From: Bacteriovoracaceae bacterium
Lineage (GTDB): Bacteria; Bdellovibrionota; Bacteriovoracia; Bacteriovoracales; Bacteriovoracaceae
Direction of reading: 5' to 3'
NCBI GenBank assembly: GCA_041586955.1
Contig: JBFGZE010000027.1
Span: 1-33,077, forward strand
Length of the DNA: 33,077 nt
Shown here: positions 19,831 through 28,167 of the stretch, in pieces
Layout: the number at the start of each line of letters is the position of its first letter
Position numbering within the stretch: the stretch's first letter is position 1
Program-made: the position numbers and the translations under genes
The notes under the pieces: generated by a model
The model's database searches: none
Seen by the model: only the letters and a program-made list of their open reading frames with translations
Told to the model about the DNA's origin: nothing

Positions 19831-20280
19831 ATGAAGGCAAAAATTAACGGAATTGAAGTAGAAGGAACCCCGCAGGAGATAGCAGAATTAATTGAGATAC
19901 AAGAAAAAAGTAGCAAGTCTAAAAGGCCGAAAAGCTCATGGGAAGTGTTTGAATTGAAAGATGTGGGCCTAGATACTTTCTTTAATGGACTCTCCGCTCC
20001 GACTAGAAAATTAATAGAAGTAATCTTAGATGCAAAAGGCCACATTGTTGAAGATGAACTCTATATGAAAACTTCTAGTGATGGAACCAATGACGGGAAA
20101 AATGCGAGAGGAATTTTGAGTGGGATTACTAGAAGATGCGGAACACTTTCAGGAAAGAAAACAAAGCTCATTTCTTGCTACAAAAAAGACGACAAATGGT
20201 ATTTTAACTTTCCTGCTAAGCCTGACTCAAAAGAAACCCATGATGATAATTTTAACTTACTCACAAGCTATCTTAAATGA
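19831..20280 (+). CDS. Hypothetical protein, possibly a winged-helix DNA-binding protein
   Basis: Strong AGGAGG RBS; LSAPTRKLIEVIL...ELY...ARGILSGITRR plus a beta hairpin suggests wHTH (weak). Confidence 0.65.
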   Translation: MKAKINGIEVEGTPQEIAELIEIQEKSSKSKRPKSSWEVFELKDVGLDTFFNGLSAPTRKLIEVILDAKGHIVEDELYMKTSSDGTNDGKNARGILSGITRRCGTLSGKKTKLISCYKKDDKWYFNFPAKPDSKETHDDNFNLLTSYLK

Positions 20281-20423
20281 CATATTTGGGCAGAGGGAGT
20301 TTTTATAAATATTTGGTAAAAGCTCCAAGGACCCAAAATTACTTAGATTCTGGCCATGTAATAATCTGTAGTACTTTTGAAAAATCGATCAACAAAATAG
20401 GTGAGTTACAAAGCGCTCATCAC

Positions 20424-20639
20424 CTCCACCATTCATGGCCCCGTGCGCACCAGCTTCCTAAAGGCAGCCGGTTTTTCTCGTCTGAAAATTTAAATTTCTG
20501 TGCCTTTTTTAAAACGGGAGGACTATCTCTGAACGCTCAGGAGCCTGCTTTGCAACCTCGCTCCTTGTCGACGGGGTAGAGATGAACAAGGGGCCATAGA
20601 CTGACTTAGATTCCTACCCCGCTGGGCCATGTGGTGGAG
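20424..20639 (-). ncRNA. Candidate structured RNA with retron msr-msd-like layout
   Basis: Terminal inverted repeats 20424-20441 / 20624-20639, AGC just after the 5' arm on the minus strand, three internal stems; more GC-rich than its flanks. Confidence 0.4.
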
Positions 20640-20937
20640 CTGTTTAAGTACAGAGATAAGTAACAAAAAATCTGTGGTGTAACATTATCTTGTTACTATC
20701 ACGGTTTCTTTGAGAGAAGATGTGAATACGGGCGGCTAGGGATATTTTCATGTAACAAAATACGTCCAAATGTTAATATTGGGTAGATATTATTACATAA
20801 GCAGGAATGTGGTAAAATGTAAAAAAGTGCACCCAGTAAAGATGTGCGGGTTTGGGTTATTACATATAGAAGAATTGGAAAAAAGACCATTTTTCACGAC
20901 AAAAGATGTCTTTGATAAGCTTGAGCTGGTTTTTTAG

Positions 20938-21516
20938 TCAATACTGGTCCTTTAAAAATATCACAGTCTTTGTTAGCCCCTCGCGATCAGTTACTGAATG
21001 CAGGGACTCTATATACTCATCTAAATATTCTATTAAACCTGTGTGAGATGTATTGGCATAATCATCAGGATGACTCAAGTGAATTTCTCCTCTTGGTTGG
21101 AGGACTCTTAAAATTTCGGCCATCGTCGCTTGAGAAATAGGAGCATTTTCTAAGCTGACTTTATGGACACTGTCTGTTGGTAAAGGAATTGATTCACCCT
21201 TGCCATAGACCCAGCGAGGGATTTTCCTACCAGGTTCACCCGTAGTGCTAGTTAGGGGATAAGGGTTAATATTGATGGCATCAATATATTTTCCCTCTCC
21301 GCCAATATCGATATGAATTAATTGATTTTTATTTTTGGCATCTCGTAGAAGTTGAAGTGCCTTTCTTTCGGCATTTGGGGCATGATGATTAATTATATTA
21401 ATTACCTCATTGCAACTGAGCTTTGCAGTGAGATTTGAGGGGCCACGATAATTGTCCTGGTGGAGACTTGAGCACCCTATTAAAAAAGCAAGAATTATGA
21501 AAAAGTAACTTCTCAT
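20938..21516 (-). CDS. Lipoprotein with class I SAM-methyltransferase-like domain
   Basis: Start reassigned to MRSYF; lipobox LIGC; IDIGGEG, GESIPLPTDSV, EILRVLQPRG. Confidence 0.65.
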   Translation of the reverse strand: MRSYFFIILAFLIGCSSLHQDNYRGPSNLTAKLSCNEVINIINHHAPNAERKALQLLRDAKNKNQLIHIDIGGEGKYIDAININPYPLTSTTGEPGRKIPRWVYGKGESIPLPTDSVHKVSLENAPISQATMAEILRVLQPRGEIHLSHPDDYANTSHTGLIEYLDEYIESLHSVTDREGLTKTVIFLKDQY

Positions 21517-21590
21517 AAAAGGCCTATCGGTAAATAAAAACCACTTGTTTAACGAATGTCCAAAAAAGTTCAAGAAAAAGGACTTCTCGG

Positions 21591-21642
21591 TGAGAAATTC
21601 CTCCACTTCTGCCTTAATTTGTCATTAATTCACCGATTTTTT
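21591..21642 (+). repeat. Repeat copy 9 (diverged 5' third)
   Basis: tgagaaattcctccacttctgcc...cattaattcaccgattttt. Confidence 0.7.
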
Positions 21643-21911
21643 TCTTTCTTTTCCCAGGTTTTGATAATGGGATGTGCCCACCGTTGGGAATCAAAGACAG
21701 CTCATTTGAGTTAATTTCGGTGACTTCGTTTAGGTTATCAAAAGACATGAATCTACCTCGTTAAACTTTTTTGTGAATCAAAGCTGGATTGTTCTCGTCT
21801 GGTAATATTTCTTTTGTGGCCCTTCCTCATATAAGCGTAGTCGGGATAAAGTAATATAGGCCATTGGGGATCAAAAAACATTGGATGATCGTAAAATGGC
21901 CTCGGGGAATC

Positions 21912-21939
21912 AGCGTGGGAGTGTTGCAATCCCCACGCT
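21912..21939 (-). terminator. Hairpin downstream of the pectate lyase gene
   Basis: agcgtggg/cccacgct stem; weak U-tract. Confidence 0.5.
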
Positions 21940-21953
21940 AATATCTTCTTCCA

Positions 21954-24797
21954 TTACGGCAATAAACGCTCAAAGTCACCGGCCACCCAAGCGCTGTATA
22001 CTTCAAAAGCTGTGTAGCCAGCGTTGTTGACCAGTAGATAGTCGCCAAAGTTCCAATTGAGGATCACGTCCTCCGATGATTTAATTTTATGGGCCGCTTC
22101 AAAAGAGTCGGCGATTCCATTCCAGTTTGTATCAAGATAGGGCGTGCTGGCCGCTACTACTGGATGCTGCCAGTTGCTCTCGTCGGTACTTGCAACAGTG
22201 CCGTTGGCAATCGCGCTCAAATAGTTGTTGTCGACGCTATCTAGAGCGAAGACTGGATTGCCATTAGTATCGGTTGAGCGATTCGCACCCACCTGCTTGG
22301 CGATTACGTTTCGGTTATAGGCATCTAGGGCCGTGGTCGGTGTGTATCCAACTTTACTGTCGATAGGAAGACGGGTTGTTCTGAACAGCTTCTCAGGCAA
22401 CGGAAGGTCACTGTTAAAGTCTGTCCAAAGTAATTTGTTGTCAGCTTTTGGATTGGCAATGAATCCAGGCATTATGTTGCCTTCAGTAAAGATCGATGGT
22501 GGGTAGGGCCTACCGTCCTGTCTCAAGTGTTTGTTGTATTTATAGTCATATATATTAGGATACTTAGCTCCTTTTTTATAGTAGTTATAGGCAACGTCCA
22601 CCGTCGGAGCACCGACCAGGTTAGTCAAGCGCGACCTCCAGTCATAGACGACGTTGTTGTAGATGCGCCCATACATCCCCGTATCTCCTGCGAAATTTGG
22701 CGTTCTATGGGTGACACCGACATAGACGTTATTATGCCAGTTGACCGAGCCATGAGAGTTATATCCCTCGTCGGTCCAGCCAATCAGCGTCCCAGTGTTA
22801 TGTCCCTCCCTGCTTTGTCCGATGATATTATTCTGAACTATGATGTCATCGTAGGTGGATTCGATGTCACTACCGATAGAGAAAGTTTCATCTCCTCCCC
22901 AAGCAAATGATCCATGGTCAATACTGAACTTTGCACTCTTTCGGATCGTCAGTGCATCATCGTACTTCAACCTGGCCTGCTTGCCATAACGGAGCCTGAG
23001 AAATCGGATGATGAAGTCTTCGGTGTTTCTAACTATGATGTTGTTGTTGGTCACTGAGAACCCGCCCTTGGCCGCCAAGTGTCCATGGTAGGAAAACTTG
23101 CCGGCGTAGACGTTGATAGGGGATGATAAAGTAACAACGCCAGAAACTTTCGGGATGATATGCCTGGCCTGCGACAAACTCAAAGCACCTCGTAGGGTCC
23201 CTTCATAATGTTTATCGACACCAGAAGATGCGGGCACAAGCTTTGCTATAGAGGAGTTAGACAAGGAGGTGATGAAGAACTTAATGCCTCCTCTGCCGCC
23301 TGTGATATGGTCGGCGCCTTCTCCCCATAGGTCGGGAAACCCTTTCTTATGTTTCAGCGTAATGGTAGGTTGACCATTTCCTGCTGCTGGTGTTGATCCT
23401 GAACATTGACCGGACGACAAATCATCCCCAGTTAAGGTGATTTTATCAATATTCGCTAGGCCATCTGCACCTTTGGCCGTTACCAAAATGGCATTATCGC
23501 CAGCTTTTAAGGAAATATTAATAGTTTGAGTGTGCCAGGATGTCCATGCGCCAGAAGGGTCTAATGCTATTGTTTGACTATTAGCACCATTGACCGTTAT
23601 CGTGCCCGGTCGTGTTCTTGTACCACCATTGGCATAACGTATCTCAGCGGGGTAAATCCCCGCCTGTTTAGCGTTAATGTTCCAAAGTATTGAGGCCCCC
23701 AAGTAATTATCGGTATTAATAAATCCTTTGCCTGTAAATCCTACATTGTCAGAGTCGACAGTACCATTTACAGAACAAAAACAGCTTCCTTGTTCATCAA
23801 GGATGTATTGGACCTTGGGAGCTTGAATGACTTTAAAGATATCAAAGCTCACAGACGCTACATTGGGACTCGAAATATTATCCTTGTTTTTCACTTTATA
23901 GGTAAAGGAGTCTCTACCAACAAAATCTTTATTTGGATTATAAGAGCAAGAACGATCCCCAGCGATACCAGAGCATTCTACGGTCCCATTGCTCGGAGCG
24001 CCTACAATGATGTATTGTAATTGGGTCGGTGTACTTACGGGGTCACTCGCTTGGCTAACTAAAAATTTGAGTTCTGTATTTTCGGGGCCTTTAAAGTTTT
24101 GCCCCAAACCAATTTTGGGCGGAGCACTTTTAGAAATAATAATATTAACACGAGCATGGGATAAACTTTCCAGCCCTTCATCGTCCTTAATTTTATAAGT
24201 AAAAGTATCCTGACCGACAAAACCTTTTGTAGGTGTATAAAGACATTGACGAGGAGTAGTGCTATTAAAACATTTAAGAGTCCCACTAGCGGCTTGATCA
24301 ACGAGGTGATAGGTCAATTGGGAGTCGGGAGAATCGATGTCCTGGCCCATATTCACTTCGAATTGAAGAACTGTATCTTGTTGAAGATTTTCCTGTTGAT
24401 CAGCTCCTACCTCTGGTCGATCATTAACGCTATTGACCTTAAATTTAACTGTTGAAACATCCGATTTGAGCGCATTGTCCTCAACTTGCAATGAGATCGC
24501 ATCGCTACCAAAAAAATTTTTGTTAGGACGGTATATACATTTGATATGAGTGGCATTCACTTGACAGCCTTCTAGTTTGCCATTCGATGGGCCCTTAATG
24601 ACTTTAATAATTGGGTTAACGGCACCCACGGCCCTTGGGGCCTCATATTCAAACTTAAGCGGTACCTCTTCATTCGTTTCGTGGCCCTGATCTGCACCGT
24701 TTTCCACCTTTTGTAATCTAGTAAGGTCACTTTTCTTATTTGCCGGTAGACAGGAGACTAAGGTGAGAGTGATAAGAATCAAGTACCACGATTTCAT
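21954..24797 (-). CDS. Lipoprotein: 3x Ig-like (cadherin/tandem-95) repeats + CBM35 + pectate lyase-like beta-helix domain
   Basis: Lipobox LVSC; YxPxxxFxGxDxFTY repeats; GFTGKGFINTDN/RYANG/GLANID (CBM6/35); GFP..GEG..ITGGRGG, GTLR, DHGSFAWGGDET, HRTP, NNVVYDW. Confidence 0.85.
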   Translation of the reverse strand: MKSWYLILITLTLVSCLPANKKSDLTRLQKVENGADQGHETNEEVPLKFEYEAPRAVGAVNPIIKVIKGPSNGKLEGCQVNATHIKCIYRPNKNFFGSDAISLQVEDNALKSDVSTVKFKVNSVNDRPEVGADQQENLQQDTVLQFEVNMGQDIDSPDSQLTYHLVDQAASGTLKCFNSTTPRQCLYTPTKGFVGQDTFTYKIKDDEGLESLSHARVNIIISKSAPPKIGLGQNFKGPENTELKFLVSQASDPVSTPTQLQYIIVGAPSNGTVECSGIAGDRSCSYNPNKDFVGRDSFTYKVKNKDNISSPNVASVSFDIFKVIQAPKVQYILDEQGSCFCSVNGTVDSDNVGFTGKGFINTDNYLGASILWNINAKQAGIYPAEIRYANGGTRTRPGTITVNGANSQTIALDPSGAWTSWHTQTINISLKAGDNAILVTAKGADGLANIDKITLTGDDLSSGQCSGSTPAAGNGQPTITLKHKKGFPDLWGEGADHITGGRGGIKFFITSLSNSSIAKLVPASSGVDKHYEGTLRGALSLSQARHIIPKVSGVVTLSSPINVYAGKFSYHGHLAAKGGFSVTNNNIIVRNTEDFIIRFLRLRYGKQARLKYDDALTIRKSAKFSIDHGSFAWGGDETFSIGSDIESTYDDIIVQNNIIGQSREGHNTGTLIGWTDEGYNSHGSVNWHNNVYVGVTHRTPNFAGDTGMYGRIYNNVVYDWRSRLTNLVGAPTVDVAYNYYKKGAKYPNIYDYKYNKHLRQDGRPYPPSIFTEGNIMPGFIANPKADNKLLWTDFNSDLPLPEKLFRTTRLPIDSKVGYTPTTALDAYNRNVIAKQVGANRSTDTNGNPVFALDSVDNNYLSAIANGTVASTDESNWQHPVVAASTPYLDTNWNGIADSFEAAHKIKSSEDVILNWNFGDYLLVNNAGYTAFEVYSAWVAGDFERLLP

Positions 24798-25214
24798 TAT
24801 TTATCCTTTTTTATATAAGTAAAGTTTACCCATTTATTTTAAGGTAGGGAGGCGGCGTAGCAATCCTCTTTTGTGAAGATGAACAAAGCGCCTTTATTTC
24901 AAGTAGTTGAAAGTTCTTTTCAGTCAGTTTAGAGGCCATTCGTCTCAAGTTAATAATCTTTTTTATGATTGTATCTGTTTTAGGCGTTTTATTTGGAGTC
25001 GTTTTTTAAAATTGATAAATAAGTTGATGTCATTGTAGACACTTGCTAGCTTTTTTAACTCTGTTTTATACGTTAAAGAGTGCCAATTACAATTGGCGAA
25101 TAATGAGGGTTTATTTTAGAAAAGAATCGGACATAATTAGGAAATAAAAGAAAATGGTGGTGTAAATCTTAAGAATTACTGAAATTTTCAGCAAAATATA
25201 CCGATAAAAAAATT

Positions 25215-26576
25215 ATGAAATACTTTTTGAAATTATTCTTAATTTTATTAATGGTCCATCTTTATGCGAGTTGCAGTACTAATCAATCTGCTTCAGTCAC
25301 AACTCGCAATATAGCCCAAGTTTATAATCTTGAAAAAGTAGAGCTTCCATCCTCCATAAAAGCATTACTCGATTCTGAACAACTTTTAATCGATCGCTCT
25401 GTGGATGAAAATATAATCTATGCCCCAACAATTGAAGGTCAAGCGCTTGAATATAGGCCCGAACAACGTAATTGGTTTACCCTTAGAACTATTTGGATCC
25501 CAGAAGATGAACTTCAAGTCGCTGAATTAGAAAACAGTGAATTTAACAATTCAAATTTTATAAAAGAGGTGGATAACAAAAGATATTTTAGACTATTAAT
25601 TCACCCTGAATCAATAGGATATTACTCAAAGCTCATCGATAAGTATGAAGAGGGGGGAAGCTTTTTGGCAACGTCAACTTCTTCAAGTAGAACAGTATTG
25701 GTGACAGATAAAAAGGGATATTATTTCTTTGCCAAGCTTTCTTTAAATGTTGAATTAGCGGGTGTCGTTAGAACAATTCCAAAAGGTGAAGTTGCACGCT
25801 CTGTAGGTTATACAATGTTAACAGATAAAATAGATTCACCGAATACCAATTTCCATTTTATGCGAGAATCATTAGGTATCAACCCAAAAGGATTCGAGCG
25901 AGGTGGACAAATTTTAAGAGAAATTCCTGCTTCCGCTTTTAATAATGAAAATACAATTGTTCCTCTTTTTTCTCTTTATTCAAAAGCAAATGGCCTAGAT
26001 ACTATTCTGAAAAAGATGCTTGAAGGTGAGGATAGGCCTGTAAAGTTTATTGAAGATAAAATTCTTACTCCATTTGCAAAGGCTTGGGTCGCTTGGGCGA
26101 CAGATGCTAATCTTGTAATGGAAGCACATGCTCAAAATGTGTTAATCCAATTAGATAAATTTGGTAAACCAACAGGCCAGTTCTATCATCGAGATCTTGG
26201 TGGCGTTAATGCGCTATTAGGTAATGTGAAATTGAGTAATAAACTTCCTGTTTTTGATACATTGTCCAATGACTATCTTCAAACAAAACATAATGAAGCA
26301 ATTACGCAATCACTTCGGATATATTTTGAAGGTGGCTTTCTTTATAATGTAAATGATGAACTACAAAGACTCCATAATTCTAAAGTTGACTTAAGAGTTA
26401 TTTTTAGAAATAAAATTATTAAAGAATTGGGACGAAAATTAGGTTATCAACTCCAAGGACTCAATCATCATAATTTGTATTCCCAATTGGTGCAAATAGT
26501 TCAAACGATTAGAAGAAATGAACGACCGGCCTCCATATTAAGAAACTGTTTTGATATGATAAAAAGTTTTTTTTAA
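25215..26576 (+). CDS. Second IucA/IucC-like protein with lipoprotein signal
   Basis: HPES, TSSSRT, AKLSL, REIP, EAHAQN, HRDLGG; lipobox-like YASC. Confidence 0.75.
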   Translation: MKYFLKLFLILLMVHLYASCSTNQSASVTTRNIAQVYNLEKVELPSSIKALLDSEQLLIDRSVDENIIYAPTIEGQALEYRPEQRNWFTLRTIWIPEDELQVAELENSEFNNSNFIKEVDNKRYFRLLIHPESIGYYSKLIDKYEEGGSFLATSTSSSRTVLVTDKKGYYFFAKLSLNVELAGVVRTIPKGEVARSVGYTMLTDKIDSPNTNFHFMRESLGINPKGFERGGQILREIPASAFNNENTIVPLFSLYSKANGLDTILKKMLEGEDRPVKFIEDKILTPFAKAWVAWATDANLVMEAHAQNVLIQLDKFGKPTGQFYHRDLGGVNALLGNVKLSNKLPVFDTLSNDYLQTKHNEAITQSLRIYFEGGFLYNVNDELQRLHNSKVDLRVIFRNKIIKELGRKLGYQLQGLNHHNLYSQLVQIVQTIRRNERPASILRNCFDMIKSFF

Positions 26577-26848
26577 ATTACGAGCAAGGTCGTAATTAAA
26601 CTGTGACGAATATATTTCTTTTATTAAAGGAAATAGTCACATCATAATGCTTGGACGATCTCGTATCTTTTAGCATTCCTTCTCAAAGACCATTTGACTC
26701 CGATACTTTATTTTCGCTGTCAAGAATCATTTTTTCTAGAATGAAGTTTGCAGCCCAGAGCAACCAAAAAAGTCCGGGAATCGAATGCCCTGCATCTTTC
26801 CCGTAGTGGCCCCTACCCAGTATAGTTCTGTAAAGTAAAGGAGCGATA

Positions 26849-27544
26849 ATGGACATGACTTTACCCGCGAAAACTAAATGGGCCATATTATTGGGAATAT
26901 TTCTGTTCATATCTTCGTTTATCGGCAAGACTACTCTGCCCAAAAGAAATCCAATGATTATTTCTCTCTGTCGGTTACACGCCTCTCACAGCTTAGTTGC
27001 GTCCAAGGTGAAAAGGGCATATCAATATTTGGGATATGAAATTGAGTTCCAATATTTACCCTGTGGCCGCTCTCTTTTTGTTGCGAATAGCGGAACAATC
27101 GATGGAGAAATGGGACGAATTAAAACTGCTGTCCACAAGTTCAAAAATTTACTGGTTGTAGATTATCCTTTACTCGAATTTAAAGGTGTGGTCTTCTCAC
27201 ACAAAATTAAGTCGGACGTTAAATCTTTTAAAGATTTAGCTCCTTTTCGCATCGGGATCATTCGCGGAGAATTATACGCGGAAATTGGGACGCAAGGAAT
27301 GAATGTTTTTCCCTTTGGTAATTATCAACAATTATTGCAGAAATTAAAAGAGAATGAAGTTGATGTGGCAGTCGGTATCCATGAGAATTTCATGAGGGAA
27401 AAAAAGAGGGTGATTTTTTCGGAAAGTCAAATTAATATAATTGGTAAACCCGTATATGAATCACAACTCTATCACCTCGTTCATAAAAAAAATCGTGATC
27501 TTGTTCCTCGCCTTAAAACTGCCTTTGAAGCGACCAATCCTTAA
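26849..27544 (+). CDS. Periplasmic substrate-binding protein (family 3-like)
   Basis: N-terminal hydrophobic helix; LPCGRSL, G.IDG, IGIIRG, VDVAV, YHLVHKKN. Confidence 0.75.
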   Translation: MDMTLPAKTKWAILLGIFLFISSFIGKTTLPKRNPMIISLCRLHASHSLVASKVKRAYQYLGYEIEFQYLPCGRSLFVANSGTIDGEMGRIKTAVHKFKNLLVVDYPLLEFKGVVFSHKIKSDVKSFKDLAPFRIGIIRGELYAEIGTQGMNVFPFGNYQQLLQKLKENEVDVAVGIHENFMREKKRVIFSESQINIIGKPVYESQLYHLVHKKNRDLVPRLKTAFEATNP

Positions 27545-27696
27545 ATCGACACATACGCAACAATATGCCCGCAAATGCAAAGGATATCTTTTTCATAGAG
27601 AAAACTTCCAACTTAACAGAAAATTATTCTTTTAAATAAAAAAATGTCCATGTTAATCTTATACTCCCTTGCATTAGAATGTGATTGCCCATAGCT

Positions 27697-27730
27697 AAGG
27701 GCGGCGGAGTTAGAACTCCGCCTGCCTTTT
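27697..27730. terminator. Terminator hairpin between convergent genes
   Basis: ggcggagt-taga-actccgcc stem followed by a T-run. Confidence 0.7.
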
Positions 27731-27746
27731 AAATAAACTAGTTTTT

Positions 27747-28061
27747 TTAGTTGGTAACTTCAAGTGCCAATTGTGAGGTGGGTAACCTTTGGTGAGTTGG
27801 GTTTTGTTTGGCCTTTATTTTACGAATTTGCCTCATTATTGCATTCTGAGATTTTTCAAGACTTTTCCTTAGGTCTTGATCCGTTTTGAGTGCAATTAAA
27901 TCTGTCCTTTGAGGTACTGAGACTCGAACAAAAGTTTTAAATTTTTTCTCCGGAGTTTGATCGACCCTTACATCTATATGTTTTGCGTGAGGAAAAATTC
28001 TATAAATATGATCCTTCATTTTATTGATATGTTCATTATTTTGCAGACATTTTTGTTTCAT
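27747..28061 (-). CDS. HPF/RaiA-like ribosome-associated protein (divergent)
   Basis: Helix-beta-beta-beta-helix pattern ending DLRKSLEKSQNAIMRQIRKIK; GGAGG RBS. Confidence 0.6.
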   Translation of the reverse strand: MKQKCLQNNEHINKMKDHIYRIFPHAKHIDVRVDQTPEKKFKTFVRVSVPQRTDLIALKTDQDLRKSLEKSQNAIMRQIRKIKAKQNPTHQRLPTSQLALEVTN

Positions 28062-28167
28062 AAAACCTCCATTTCTTTGGAATAAGCAAGCTTTTCATTA
28101 TTGTTCTGTAAAACTATGAAGAAGCCGAAGAATAAATTTTCTAGAGATACAGGATGAAAGCTCCCTA

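Noticed and set aside
20421..20431. tRNA/tmRNA 3' end (CTCCACCA)
   Set aside because: No T-arm (GTTCRA) or cloverleaf upstream; the sequence is instead one arm of a long-range inverted repeat.
20443..20623. Group II intron remnant (GTGCG start, ...ctacccc end)
   Set aside because: Far too short, the domain V-like hairpin is non-canonical, and the terminal stem has no bulged A.
20277..20890. ORFs 20277-20579 and 20699-20890
   Set aside because: No recognisable motifs; they overlap the structured RNA candidate and its putative promoter region.
21517..21606. N-terminal extension of the 20938-21606 ORF
   Set aside because: It starts inside repeat copy 9 and would bury the lipoprotein signal; MRSYF at 21516 is preferred.
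734..21642. CRISPR array interpretation of the repeats
   Set aside because: Repeats are ~150 bp with gene-containing intervals of 0.5-6 kb, and there are no cas genes.
22527..24455. Short overlapping or antisense ORFs inside the pectate lyase gene (and similar ones inside other long genes)
   Set aside because: Shadow ORFs with no motifs, overlapping well-supported genes.
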